Assembly: GCA_041661765.1 (NCBI GenBank)
Contig: JBAZTV010000001.1
Coordinates: 231,983-295,982, forward strand
DNA from: Candidatus Shapirobacteria bacterium
GTDB lineage: Bacteria; Patescibacteriota; Microgenomatia; UBA12405
Direction of reading: 5' to 3'
Length of the DNA stretch: 64,000 nt
This document shows positions 28,456 to 38,923 of this stretch, piece after piece. Numbering within the stretch: position 1 is the first letter of the stretch; each line of letters starts with the position of its first letter. Below the pieces are notes generated by a model, which searched no databases, had not been told where the DNA came from, and saw only the letters and a program-made list of their open reading frames with translations. The position numbers and the translations under genes are program-made.

Positions 28456-29283
28456 ATGTCAATTGAAAAAAACTGGACAAAAATAGAAATTGATTCTGTT
28501 AAAGAAAATAGAGAAAAATTAGACACTAAAACCCCCATAATTATTGCTGGACTACCTGGTAAAGTTGCCACTCTTGTTGCAGAAGCAATTGAAAAGTCTG
28601 AAAATTATCTTTTGTTCGATATCGCTCTTTCATCATCTCAACACGAAGGTAGATGCAACCTCGATAATATTAATTTATTATCAACTTCAAATTCATCATT
28701 GATAGAAAACTTATATAATATAAAAAGAGTCCATCCTAGCGTAATAATTGTAGACTATACTAGCCCAAACTCAGTAAATTCCAACGCAGAATTATACACC
28801 AAAATTGGCATTCCTTTTGTTATGGGAACAACTGGTGGAGATAGACAAAAATTATTTGAAACTGTAAAAAATAGTGAAATTAGTGCTGTTATCGATACTA
28901 ATATGGCACCTCATATAGTTATTATGCAATCCATACTGGAGCAAGCTTCCAAAGAATTCCCCGGAGCTTTACCGGGGTGGAAATTATCAGTAATAGAAAG
29001 TCACCAAGCTGGTAAAAAAGATGTTAGTGGAACTGCAAGATCATGGTTACCTAAACTTAAAGCCCTCGGAGCCAATTTAATTGGGGAAATTGAAAGTATT
29101 CGAGATCCAAAAAAACAAACCGATTTAGGGATTCAAAATACCGATGGACATGGTTATCATTGGTTTACATTAACTAGTCCAGATGAAAAGGCTTCTTTTC
29201 AAATCTTTACCTCCGTTGAAGGAAGAGCACCTTATATTACCGGCACTTTAATGGCAATAGACTTCCTTAAAGAAAAAAAATAA
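28456..29283 (+). CDS. dapB: 4-hydroxy-tetrahydrodipicolinate reductase-like
   Basis: 'IIIAGLPGKVAT' Rossmann-type N-terminus, 'VIIVDYTSP', 'VMGTTGG', 'ESHQAGKKDVSGTA', which are the DapB signature segments. Confidence 0.55.
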   Translation: MSIEKNWTKIEIDSVKENREKLDTKTPIIIAGLPGKVATLVAEAIEKSENYLLFDIALSSSQHEGRCNLDNINLLSTSNSSLIENLYNIKRVHPSVIIVDYTSPNSVNSNAELYTKIGIPFVMGTTGGDRQKLFETVKNSEISAVIDTNMAPHIVIMQSILEQASKEFPGALPGWKLSVIESHQAGKKDVSGTARSWLPKLKALGANLIGEIESIRDPKKQTDLGIQNTDGHGYHWFTLTSPDEKASFQIFTSVEGRAPYITGTLMAIDFLKEKK

Positions 29284-29366
29284 AAGCCAACAAAAAGGGC
29301 AAGTATATTCAATGACAGACGTTCTTAAATCACAAAAAAACGATAGATAATATTAAAATTTATCAT

Positions 29367-30884
29367 TTATTTCCACATTCCTATCAACAATGAAGATACT
29401 GGTAAAATAATTATTTTACCAGAAGCCTTTTCCTTAACGGAAGGTATTGAATCAGTAGTAATAATTTTAGTCACTCCATAATCAAAAAGTTTTTGCCATT
29501 TTTTTCCAGAAAAAATACCATGTGTAACCACCACCAAAATATCTTCCACTCCATTTTCGTGAAGTTTTTTTACACAATTAATTAGAGTATGTCCTGTATC
29601 TAAAATATCATCAATCACAATAGCCTTTTTCCCCTCTATTTTTCCACTACAAATCACTGAAACTGGACCAGAACCACAATGTCTTTGTTTTGCAAACACC
29701 ACCAACTCACCAGCAATATTTAATTCTCGTTTTAATGCAGTTGCCCGTTTTAATGCTCCATTATCAGGAGATACTATTAAATCTGCCTCAAAATTTAATT
29801 CTCTAATTTTTTTAACAAATAAATTTATCGGCGAAATAGAAGTAATTGGAATTTTAAAAAAATTTAAAGCATCTTCACTATGAAGGTCTATTGTATAAAG
29901 CTCTGTCACTCCAGCATTTTCAAAAAATTTAGCCATCAAACTTGCTGCCAGATCTTCTTTTGGATTATTTTGATCATGGCGCATATAAGCCAAATAGGGG
30001 ACAATTGCTAAAATTTTTTTAACTCCTTCTTTTCTTAAAGTGTGACAAACCAAAAAAAATTCCCACATTTGATCGTGAGGTGGAGCTATTGTTCCAATAA
30101 AAACAACTGGCAAGTTTTTAACCTTTGAATGAATTAAAATTTGAAATTCTTGATTAGTAAAATGAATCAATTCATAACTACCTTGTTCAAAATTTGAAAA
30201 TTTTAAAAATTCCTGGCCTAAATCTTTGAAATTAGGCATACAAAAAATAAGCGGCCTATTTTTACTCATTATTTCAATCACTTCTTTGTCTTCTATCTGC
30301 GGAAAATCTTCATAATAAGCCCCCACTGCCCCTTCAAAAATTAATGGCGTAGAACAAGCAATAATTTCATCCACTTCTTCTTTTAGTTTATTAACAGTAT
30401 CTCTGGGTGATATTGGAACTGCTATTACAATTTTTTTTGGTTTTGCCAATTTTACTTCTTTTATTGCCGCCGCCATTGTTAAACCAGTAGATAAACCATC
30501 ATCAACTAATATAATCGTCTTTCCTTCTAGTCGAATTTGTGGTCGTTTGCCTCCATACTTAATTCGTCGTCTTTTTGTTTCCAAAAGTTGTTTCTCTGCT
30601 TCTTTAACAAACCATGCCCGATCTATATTTTCAGTTTCCTTTTTATTTTTTACCAGCATTCCCGACTCGGAAATCGCCGCCACTGCATATTCGGAGTTAG
30701 TTGGATGGCCAATTTTTCTAACGATCACAATACCAAAAGGCAACGAAAGTTCTTTGGCAATAATATTAGCCGTGATGGCGCCTCCGCGGGGTATTCCTAA
30801 AACTACAGCATCAGTATCTTTAAATTTAATTAAAAGTTTAGCTAATTGTTTGGCCGCCTCAGGTCTATTTTGAAATTTAATCAT
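29367..30884 (-). CDS. prs: Fusion protein: N-terminal type I phosphoribosyltransferase domain plus C-terminal ribose-phosphate pyrophosphokinase (Prs)
   Basis: N-terminal 'LGIPRGGAITANIIA...IILVDDGLSTGLT' PRTase motifs. C-terminal 'IVSPDNGALKRA...AIVIDDILDTGHTL' Prs motifs. Confidence 0.7.
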   Translation of the reverse strand: MIKFQNRPEAAKQLAKLLIKFKDTDAVVLGIPRGGAITANIIAKELSLPFGIVIVRKIGHPTNSEYAVAAISESGMLVKNKKETENIDRAWFVKEAEKQLLETKRRRIKYGGKRPQIRLEGKTIILVDDGLSTGLTMAAAIKEVKLAKPKKIVIAVPISPRDTVNKLKEEVDEIIACSTPLIFEGAVGAYYEDFPQIEDKEVIEIMSKNRPLIFCMPNFKDLGQEFLKFSNFEQGSYELIHFTNQEFQILIHSKVKNLPVVFIGTIAPPHDQMWEFFLVCHTLRKEGVKKILAIVPYLAYMRHDQNNPKEDLAASLMAKFFENAGVTELYTIDLHSEDALNFFKIPITSISPINLFVKKIRELNFEADLIVSPDNGALKRATALKRELNIAGELVVFAKQRHCGSGPVSVICSGKIEGKKAIVIDDILDTGHTLINCVKKLHENGVEDILVVVTHGIFSGKKWQKLFDYGVTKIITTDSIPSVKEKASGKIIILPVSSLLIGMWK

Positions 30885-31060
30885 AATTATATCGCCAATA
30901 ATCTTTAATCAAACATCTTAAATCTATAAAATATTAATTAAAAAATTATTAAAATTTAAATCTATCATTTAATAAATTTTTTAAAAAATTAAGATACAAC
31001 TAATCAGTTAAAAAATACCAAAAAATTAACTAATTATTTTTTAATATAAGGAAAAACATT

Positions 31061-31258
31061 ATGTTGCAAAATCATATTTATAACCTCATGGCTCAAATGG
31101 TTCAGGAAAACAAGAGTCTTTGGAGAATCAAAAATAAATATTTAGCCGATTCCACCGACTGTCCAGAATGTCAACTATTTTTTACAAAATTAACTGAAAA
31201 AAAAGAAGCCACTATTGCTGAACTTTTAATGCTCATCAAATCCGAAATAAATAAATAA
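31061..31258 (+). CDS. Hypothetical small protein
   Basis: ORF only. Confidence 0.3.
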   Translation: MLQNHIYNLMAQMVQENKSLWRIKNKYLADSTDCPECQLFFTKLTEKKEATIAELLMLIKSEINK

Positions 31259-31292
31259 ATATCTTTAATAATATTTATTTATTTAAAATACC

Positions 31293-31892
31293 ATGAATAA
31301 AAACAATTTAGATCTTTTAACCCCGAACAACAGTGTTCTACTATTAGTTGATTATCAACCCTCAATGTTTAAAGGTGTTGGTTCGGGTGATCGAACCCTC
31401 ATTAAAAATTGTGCCATGGCCACCGCCAAAGCCGCCAGTATTTTAAATGTGCCAACAGTCTTGACTTCAATTAATCCCGAAGGAAATGGTGAATTCATTA
31501 AAGAAATTACCGATCTTTTCCCTAAAATCAAAGTCATTGCCCGTAAAATGCCTAGTTTTGATGCCCTAGAAGAAGAAGCAGTTTTAGCTGCAATCAAAGC
31601 GACCAGACACAATAAATTAATTGTCTCCGGTTTATGGACTAGTATGTGTTTTGCCTTCACCACCCTCCATGGTTTACGCGAAGGAATGGATGTTTATGGT
31701 TTAATGGATGCCGCAGGGGATTCAACTCACGATGCTCATAAATTTGGTATTAAACGTATGTTGCAAGCCGGTGTTATCCCCACTACTTGGGAAACAATTA
31801 CATCAGAATGGATGCATGACTGGACCAACCCAAAAGTGCCAGAATTAATGAAAGAAGTTTATGGTAAATATGATGTAATGCTGGGAATGTAA
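31293..31892 (+). CDS. Isochorismatase-family cysteine hydrolase
   Basis: 'LLLVDYQPSMF', 'LIVSGLWTSMCF' (catalytic Cys). Confidence 0.7.
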   Translation: MNKNNLDLLTPNNSVLLLVDYQPSMFKGVGSGDRTLIKNCAMATAKAASILNVPTVLTSINPEGNGEFIKEITDLFPKIKVIARKMPSFDALEEEAVLAAIKATRHNKLIVSGLWTSMCFAFTTLHGLREGMDVYGLMDAAGDSTHDAHKFGIKRMLQAGVIPTTWETITSEWMHDWTNPKVPELMKEVYGKYDVMLGM

Positions 31893-31907
31893 CCACAATC
31901 AAAAAAA

Positions 31908-32831
31908 ATGGCGAAAATAAAAAAAATTTTAATAATCGCCATTGTTATCTGTTTCACCGTTTTGTCACTAGCTGGAATTTTAAAATTCCATGAATTATTA
32001 AAACCCTTTAATATTCCATATAACAATTTACCAATGTCGCAAATTTCAGTTTTACATGATTGGGCAGGATTAACTCTTATTTTTTTAATTTTAATCCACC
32101 TAATTGTTCAAAGGTCTTGGTTTACTGGTCAATTTAAAAAAAATAAAAAAGGCTCTACAAAAATTTTATTTTTAATACTAATAGGAATTGGAACTTTTTT
32201 GTTAGCAAGTTTTTTGATTAATAAATATTTATTCCAACAACCGGAAAGTATAAAAAAATTAGAAAGTATAGAAATCAAAGATTATCAGGGCGAAAATTTA
32301 TCGTCCATATCTGATTTTAGAGAAAATTCCATTAAAGGTCCGCAAAATATCGACATTAAAAATTATGTTTTAAATATTGATGGATTGGTCGATAAAAAAT
32401 TATCTCTAACTTATGATCAAGTTTTAAACCACAACCAATATACTAAAATAGTCACTCTTAATTGTGTTGAAGGCTGGTCAGCTAAAATTTTATGGCAAGG
32501 AGTTTTAATAAAAGATCTATTAACTGAAGCGGGGATAAAGCCGGGAAGTAATACTGTTATTTTTTATGCCGTTGATGGTTATTCTTCTTCTCTTTCTCTA
32601 GATTATGTCACTAATAATAATATTACTTTAGCCTACAAAATAAATGGAGTTGTTATTCCTCCAGAAAGAGGATTCCCATTTCAAGTGGTAGCTGAAGATA
32701 AATGGGGCTACAAATGGGTTAAATGGGTAACCAAAATAGAAGTTTCTAATGACCCAAATTATAAGGGGTATTGGGAAAATGCTGGTTATAACCAAAATGG
32801 AGATTTAAAGGGTTCAAAATATGAAAATTAA
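31908..32831 (+). CDS. Membrane-anchored molybdopterin-binding oxidoreductase (sulfite-oxidase/MsrP-like)
   Basis: 'TLNCVEGWSAKILWQGVLIKDL' and 'ERGFPFQVVAEDKWGYKWVKW'. Confidence 0.6.
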   Translation: MAKIKKILIIAIVICFTVLSLAGILKFHELLKPFNIPYNNLPMSQISVLHDWAGLTLIFLILIHLIVQRSWFTGQFKKNKKGSTKILFLILIGIGTFLLASFLINKYLFQQPESIKKLESIEIKDYQGENLSSISDFRENSIKGPQNIDIKNYVLNIDGLVDKKLSLTYDQVLNHNQYTKIVTLNCVEGWSAKILWQGVLIKDLLTEAGIKPGSNTVIFYAVDGYSSSLSLDYVTNNNITLAYKINGVVIPPERGFPFQVVAEDKWGYKWVKWVTKIEVSNDPNYKGYWENAGYNQNGDLKGSKYEN

Positions 32832-32851
32832 TAATTTAAAAAAGGAAAAAT

Positions 32852-33112
32852 ATGAAAAATTCTAACTCAAAAAAACAAGCTAGAAAAAAAGGTAAGCTTA
32901 ATCCATTAGTCGCCGCCGGAGCTATTATCGGAACTGGTGTTGCAGTTGCTGGGGCAGTCGCCATGTCTGATAAAAAAAATCAAAAGAAAGTAAAAGAGAT
33001 GACAGATAATATTAAAAACCAAATGGAAAGTAAAAGAGATGAAGTTGAGAAAAAGGTTAAAAAAATAGGAACAATTATTAAAGATGCCGCAGATGAGGTT
33101 AAAAAAATATAA
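32852..33112 (+). CDS. Hypothetical small membrane-anchored protein
   Basis: ORF only. Confidence 0.35.
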   Translation: MKNSNSKKQARKKGKLNPLVAAGAIIGTGVAVAGAVAMSDKKNQKKVKEMTDNIKNQMESKRDEVEKKVKKIGTIIKDAADEVKKI

Positions 33113-33220
33113 ATAATTCTAATATAATTTGCCTCATTGACAACTATTGTAATTAATATTACTATTAATTAACCTTACGGTGAAAGTTGTAAGGCTAGAG
33201 TTCAGAAATGTTACTCGCAA

Positions 33221-33256
33221 AAGCCCTCCTCGTAAAAAAGGAGGGCTTTTGTTGTA
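33221..33256 (+). terminator. Rho-independent terminator
   Basis: AAGCCCTCCT, 8-nt loop, AGGAGGGCTT, then TTTTGTTGTATT. Confidence 0.7.
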
Positions 33257-33268
33257 TTATTAACCAGT

Positions 33269-33562
33269 ATGGATGAAATTATTTCTTGCCCAAATTGCCA
33301 CCAGTCTCCTCCGCCTTCAACTTCTTTATCAAGTCAAATAATTCTTTATTTAAAAACTCTAATTCTTCCTCCATTTGGTTTTTTTTGGGGTTATCAATAC
33401 CTCCGTCAGCCAGATACTAGATCAAAATTAATTGGTATTTTGGTCGTAGTAATCACTATTATCGAAATTATTTTACTAATTCAATCTACTATTAATATGA
33501 TTAATATCGCCAATCTGCAAATGAGTCAGCAATTAAATGTTTACAATTCCAGCCTGTTTTAG
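33269..33562 (+). CDS. Hypothetical small membrane protein with an N-terminal CPNC motif
   Basis: ORF only. Confidence 0.3.
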   Translation: MDEIISCPNCHQSPPPSTSLSSQIILYLKTLILPPFGFFWGYQYLRQPDTRSKLIGILVVVITIIEIILLIQSTINMINIANLQMSQQLNVYNSSLF

Positions 33563-33632
33563 TGAAAGAACCACTATTTCAATTTCAAGATAAAAAATTC
33601 AAGTAAATAATACTCTATACTAATATTAGTTT

Positions 33633-34130
33633 ATGATCGAAATAGAAAGAACGTTTTTGGTTAAAAAAATACCTACCAATTTATCTTCATATAAATCTTG
33701 TCAAATTAAACAAGGTTACATTTCTTCATCACCATCGCCTTTGAGAATAAGGCAAAAAGGCGATAGATTTGAATTAACTAAAAAAATACCATTAAAAACC
33801 GGGGATTTTAGTTCAGCTGAAGAAATAAATATTTTATTAACAGAATATGAGTTTAATAAATTATGGTCATTAGTAGAAAGATTTTTAGAAAAAATCAGAT
33901 ATTATATTCCTCTTGGTAATAATTTAGTAGCAGAATTAGATATTTTTAAAGGAGAGTTAAAAGGACTAGTTTTTGTCGAAGTAGAATTTATTTCCCAAAA
34001 ACAAATGAAATCGTTTAAACCACTAAAATGGTTTGGTACAGATATCACTCAAGAAGACTTTTCTGCCAACAGTTTTTTGGCTGGAAAAAAAATTTCTGAA
34101 ATCAAACATTCTTTTAATTTGATACAATAA
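33633..34130 (+). CDS. CYTH-domain protein (triphosphate tunnel metalloenzyme)
   Basis: N-terminal 'EIERTFLV' (ExExK-like) signature. Confidence 0.6.
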   Translation: MIEIERTFLVKKIPTNLSSYKSCQIKQGYISSSPSPLRIRQKGDRFELTKKIPLKTGDFSSAEEINILLTEYEFNKLWSLVERFLEKIRYYIPLGNNLVAELDIFKGELKGLVFVEVEFISQKQMKSFKPLKWFGTDITQEDFSANSFLAGKKISEIKHSFNLIQ

Positions 34131-34383
34131 ATCAGTTCTTTTAAAATGGCGTTATAAACAAGAGCGTGTGGTCCGCCCACTGACGGAATACGAGGAAAAG
34201 GGTCAATCGATTTATCTGCGGAAACCCTTAGGTTGTGATTGTCAGCCTTAATATTTTCTTTAAACCTTTGAAGTAATTCAAAAATTAAAGGGAAAATAGA
34301 ACAATTGCCATTTCCACAAAAGAATACATTTGCCGGATTTTTAGGTATTTTTATTTGTTTAAAAATCTTGCATATATAAAAAC

Positions 34384-36141
34384 ATGTGTGGAATATTTGG
34401 CTATAAAGGCAGCTCTGACGCCGCCAATATTGTTTTATCTGGTTTAAAAAAACTTGATTATAGAGGTTACGATTCTTGGGGTATTGCTCTTAATTTTGGT
34501 CATAAAATTTTTCTAAAAAAAGACGTTGGTAAAATCAGTGATATTAAAAAAATTGATTTACCTTTTGGAAATATTTCTGTTGGTCACACTCGCTGGGCAA
34601 CCACCGGTTCAGTTTCTCAAATTAATGCCCATCCTCATTTTTCCACCGACAAATCTTTTGCTCTAGTCCAAAACGGCATTGTTGAAAATTTTGAGGAATT
34701 GAAATCCGATTTAAAAAAGAGAGGCTACCAATTTAAATCCGAAACCGACACTGAAGTTATTGTTCGTTTGATCGAAAGTCAAAAAAATAAAAATTTAATT
34801 AATGCCATCAGATCGGCTTTTTTACAGTTAAAAGGCCGCAATACTATTGCCGTTCTCGATTCCAAAAATAATCAAATTATTGCCCTCAGAAACGGCTCGC
34901 CTTTAATTATTGGCACCAATCAAAATGATTTTTATTTATCTTCCGACACTTTATCTCTCTCTGGTTTTGCCACTAAATACATCGATTTAGATAATTTTGA
35001 CATGGTTGTTATCAATAATAAAATTAATTTTTTTAATTCAAGAACCGGTCATAAAATTAATAAAAAATTAAAGGATTTAGAAATTTCTAATTTTTCTTCC
35101 GAGTTGGGTAGCTACGATCATTACATGATTAAAGAAATTATGGAAAGCCCAAAAGTTATTCAAAATATTGTTAATTCCGATCCAAAAAATGTTTTTAGAT
35201 TAGCCCAAGCCATTAAAAAATCCAAAACTGTTTATTTAATTGGTTCCGGCACTGCCGGTAATGCTGCCGCTCAAACTGCTTATTATCTTAAAAAGTATGC
35301 CCAAGTTTCGGCAATTAGTCTTGTTGGTTCTGATGCAAAAGATTATTACCAATTATTTTCTTCAAAAGACTTAATCATTGCTCCATCTCAAAGCGGGGAG
35401 ACCAGTGATGTTTTAGAAGTTTTGGAATTTGCCAAAACTAAAGGAGTAAAAATTGCTTCGTTGGTTAATATGCCCGGTTCTTCCATGTCCCGTCTTTCCA
35501 ATTTTAAATTTAGTTCCAATTCAGGTCCCGAAATTTGCGTCATGTCGACTAAAGTTTTTGTCGCCCAAATTGTTTGGGGCTATTTAATCGCCAAAACTGT
35601 CGCCGGCGATTATTACCAGGCCATCAAAGAGCTCCAAAAATTATCCGAATCAGTCCAAAAATATTTAACCGATCCCAAAAATATTAATCAAATTAAAAAA
35701 ACAGCCGACCTTCTTTTAAATACTCACGACATTTTTTTATTAGGCAAAGGTCAAAATTTTCAAATAGCCAAAGAGGGAATGATTAAATTAATTGAAGGCA
35801 CTTATAAACATGCCCACGCTATTCCCGCTGGCGATTTAAAACATTATGCAATCACCTTAATTGAAAAAAATGTTTTTGTTTTAGTTTTGCTTTCACCAGA
35901 TGATTTATCAGATTTAAACAGCGCCATTAACGAAATTCGTAGTCGGGGTGGCACCATCATTGGTCTTTTTAATCAAAAGCAAAATAATTTTGATTATTGT
36001 TTACAAACTCCAAAATTAGCCGAAACTGGCGCTATTTTTAATATTATTCCGCTTCAGTTATTAGCCTATTATCTAGCTGTTAAATTGGGGAATAATGTCG
36101 ACAAGCCCCGTAATATTGCCAAATCGGTCACCGTAAATTAA
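34384..36141 (+). CDS. glmS: Glutamine--fructose-6-phosphate aminotransferase
   Basis: 'MCGIFGY' N-terminal nucleophile Cys, two SIS domains, C-terminal 'KSVTVN'. Confidence 0.9.
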   Translation: MCGIFGYKGSSDAANIVLSGLKKLDYRGYDSWGIALNFGHKIFLKKDVGKISDIKKIDLPFGNISVGHTRWATTGSVSQINAHPHFSTDKSFALVQNGIVENFEELKSDLKKRGYQFKSETDTEVIVRLIESQKNKNLINAIRSAFLQLKGRNTIAVLDSKNNQIIALRNGSPLIIGTNQNDFYLSSDTLSLSGFATKYIDLDNFDMVVINNKINFFNSRTGHKINKKLKDLEISNFSSELGSYDHYMIKEIMESPKVIQNIVNSDPKNVFRLAQAIKKSKTVYLIGSGTAGNAAAQTAYYLKKYAQVSAISLVGSDAKDYYQLFSSKDLIIAPSQSGETSDVLEVLEFAKTKGVKIASLVNMPGSSMSRLSNFKFSSNSGPEICVMSTKVFVAQIVWGYLIAKTVAGDYYQAIKELQKLSESVQKYLTDPKNINQIKKTADLLLNTHDIFLLGKGQNFQIAKEGMIKLIEGTYKHAHAIPAGDLKHYAITLIEKNVFVLVLLSPDDLSDLNSAINEIRSRGGTIIGLFNQKQNNFDYCLQTPKLAETGAIFNIIPLQLLAYYLAVKLGNNVDKPRNIAKSVTVN

Positions 36142-36953
36142 AGTCGATATTCTTTAATTAACTTATTTTCATTTTCCTGATTTATAAAAGCATGGACATC
36201 AATATATTTTTCAATACCAGAGCCATTAATTTTTTTCTTCAAAAGTTCATCAATTTGGAAAATTCCAGCCGAATTATTCATTGTTATATTCAATTGGATC
36301 GGTTTTTCTTTTCCTTCTTCAATATCAACTTTTTCAATAGCTGCTGACGAAACTGAATAAATATCTATTTTGTCTGATTCATAAGCAATTCTCGATCTAC
36401 CTTTACTCATGTCCAAGGCATCAGCAACTCGAACAATTCCAGCTTCCAAAGTTATTGGCTTACCATCACTTCTATGGCTAATAATTGAGTGTAAGACTTC
36501 AGAAATGATAATAGTTTTTTCGTAGATTGGTAAAAAATCAATAATTTGATGGAGTAAATTATTAGCTAAAAATAAACTATATGATTCATGATCTTTACGA
36601 TTCACTGTCATTCCTAGGTCATGTAAAACGCTTGCCAAAATCACAATCAATTCACCATATTGACTCGATAATTTATAGTCTTTCGTAATTGACATCTTCA
36701 CTCCATTAGCCACTAACATTCGTACAAATTTAACCGATATATTAGCAACTATTTGAAAATGAACATTGCCATGATCCGACATGGATAACCTTTCAACAGC
36801 ATTTACATTAATTATTTTCCAAAGAGCTTGCAGCTCTTCATTGGAATTAATATTTTCAATCGCTTTTTCCAATAAAACATTATTATTAATTGGAACATTT
36901 ATTTTAGGGTTAATGTTTTTAATTATTTTTTTCATATCTTTAAAGACATTCAT
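36138..36953 (-). CDS. HD-domain phosphohydrolase
   Basis: 'DHGNVH' and 'LHDLGM' H...HD motifs. Confidence 0.55.
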   Translation of the reverse strand: MNVFKDMKKIIKNINPKINVPINNNVLLEKAIENINSNEELQALWKIINVNAVERLSMSDHGNVHFQIVANISVKFVRMLVANGVKMSITKDYKLSSQYGELIVILASVLHDLGMTVNRKDHESYSLFLANNLLHQIIDFLPIYEKTIIISEVLHSIISHRSDGKPITLEAGIVRVADALDMSKGRSRIAYESDKIDIYSVSSAAIEKVDIEEGKEKPIQLNITMNNSAGIFQIDELLKKKINGSGIEKYIDVHAFINQENENKLIKEYRL

Positions 36954-36979
36954 TGTATCATAAATATTAACAGCTCTAT

Positions 36980-38917
36980 CTAATCAATTAATTGGTTTAA
37001 ATCAGAAGTATCTAAATTATTAATTATTTCATTTAAGTTCCCCATAGCCACCCCAACCACTTTATCAGCTGCTCCATAATAAACTAAAAGTTCGCCATTT
37101 TTTACCACCATTCCGCAAGGGAATACTACATTATTTACATCACCGACTTTTTCATAACTAGTCTCTGGTTCCAATATTGGAAAACGAGTTTGACCAATAA
37201 CTTTATAAGGAGAATCCAAGTCTAACAATAACGCTCCAATACGATAAAAATGATCAATGTTACTTACCCCGTGATACAACAAAAACCATCCTTTATTGGT
37301 TTTTAATGGTGGGGTTGAGACTCCAGTTTTATCACCTTTCCAAGGTCTATTACCTATAACCAAACAAAAATCATCACCTAAATGTTCATTATTTTCAAAA
37401 TCGATACTGTCCATAAAACTCATTATCATCCCTTTTCCGCCAACCCTGTGAAAAAATATATATTTATTACCAATTCTTTCCGGGAACAAACAAGCATCTT
37501 TATTATCTTCTCCCTCATCAGAAATTATTATTGCTTTTTTCCAATTCCAATTTTTTTTTAAAAAATCGCTTACCAAAATCGAAGTAAATGCCACTTTTGG
37601 GGTGCTTATACTATTATAAGCGGTATAACAAATATAAAGCCGGTCACCGATAAGAGTAATCCTTGGATCCTCACATCCTGAAAAATTATTTTCCCCATTT
37701 TTATTTTCAAAATATTCCTTTGGGTAGTAAATTGGTTCATCACTTCTCCATTCAATATTAAAACCATCTGCTGTTTCTACTAATCCAAACGATGAAGTAT
37801 TATCTTTCGATAATGCCCGATAAATAATAAAAATTCTACCATTTATTTCAACTACCCCTGGATTAAAAGTCGCCTTTGCCTCCCATAATATTTTTAGTCT
37901 TGGTTGAATAATTGGATTTTTTTCAAACCTTTTTAATTGGGGGAGAAGCACTTTGTTTTTTTTTAACTCAATTATCAATTCAGCCAAATTTATTGTCGCT
38001 AAAGCACAATAATTATCAGCCGCTCCATAATAAATATATATTTGACCATATTCCAAAACAGCTCCAGACGGAAAAATAATATTCGGAGCAATTCCCGATA
38101 ATTCAAAATCTTCTTGTGGTAACATAAGTGGCTTAATCGTTTGTCCTAAAATTTTTAACGGATTACTAATATCCAGTAAAGCCGCTTCAATTCCAAAAGA
38201 AGCCTTGTTAATGGCAAAATAATTTTCTATATGGCAATAAATCAATACCCATCCATCTTCTGTTTCAATTGGCACAGCTCCAACTTCAATCAAATCACTA
38301 TTAACTCTTTCTAATCTAATCGTATTTTTTTCTAGAACCCAAAACCACTGTCGCCAATAGTTTGAATTCCAAATATCACTTTCTTTTTCAAAAGTTATCA
38401 AACCTATCCTTGAAGGCGGTCGGTCTGTATTCACAGCCAAAACTGCCACGAATTTTCCATTAATTTTTCGAGGGAAAAGAGTCATTGCTTTAGCATTAAA
38501 ATCAGTTACTAAATGTTTTTCCCAAGTTTTAAAATCTTTAGTTTTTGCCACAGCTACCTTAATTCCATTCGCATCAGTTGGGTAATTTCCAATCGCTGTA
38601 TAAAAAATATAATAAGTATCATCTATTTTAGTAATTCTCGGATCTTCTAATCCAAATTTTTCCCATTCATATTCTGGTACCAATAATTGTCTTCTCTTTT
38701 TAAAATTATACTTATCCTCACTTTCGGCAATGCTAATTGTTGAAAGAATAACTTCTTTTCCATCAATCATTTTATTTTTACCAATTGCCCTATAAACCAT
38801 CAAATATTTTTTTTTATCTTTAATCACGCTTCCATTAAACACAGCTAAATTTTCCCATTCATTTTTTGGATTTGGTTCTAGTATTGGATTGGCGATATAA
38901 CTTTTTACATTAACCAT
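36980..38917 (-). CDS. GH130-like (beta-mannoside phosphorylase / DUF377 'glycosidase') protein with two tandem domains
   Basis: Two 'EDPRIT' segments: 'FGLEDPRITKIDDTYYIFYTA' and 'CEDPRITLIGDRLYICYTAY'. Confidence 0.65.
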   Translation of the reverse strand: MVNVKSYIANPILEPNPKNEWENLAVFNGSVIKDKKKYLMVYRAIGKNKMIDGKEVILSTISIAESEDKYNFKKRRQLLVPEYEWEKFGLEDPRITKIDDTYYIFYTAIGNYPTDANGIKVAVAKTKDFKTWEKHLVTDFNAKAMTLFPRKINGKFVAVLAVNTDRPPSRIGLITFEKESDIWNSNYWRQWFWVLEKNTIRLERVNSDLIEVGAVPIETEDGWVLIYCHIENYFAINKASFGIEAALLDISNPLKILGQTIKPLMLPQEDFELSGIAPNIIFPSGAVLEYGQIYIYYGAADNYCALATINLAELIIELKKNKVLLPQLKRFEKNPIIQPRLKILWEAKATFNPGVVEINGRIFIIYRALSKDNTSSFGLVETADGFNIEWRSDEPIYYPKEYFENKNGENNFSGCEDPRITLIGDRLYICYTAYNSISTPKVAFTSILVSDFLKKNWNWKKAIIISDEGEDNKDACLFPERIGNKYIFFHRVGGKGMIMSFMDSIDFENNEHLGDDFCLVIGNRPWKGDKTGVSTPPLKTNKGWFLLYHGVSNIDHFYRIGALLLDLDSPYKVIGQTRFPILEPETSYEKVGDVNNVVFPCGMVVKNGELLVYYGAADKVVGVAMGNLNEIINNLDTSDLNQLID

Positions 38918-38923
38918 TTTTAT

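Noticed and set aside
33171-33194. Second hairpin CCTTAC-GGTGAAAGTT-GTAAGG just upstream of the terminator at 33221, as a possible small RNA.
   Set aside because: Short 6-bp stem, no conservation evidence; probably part of the same 3' UTR.
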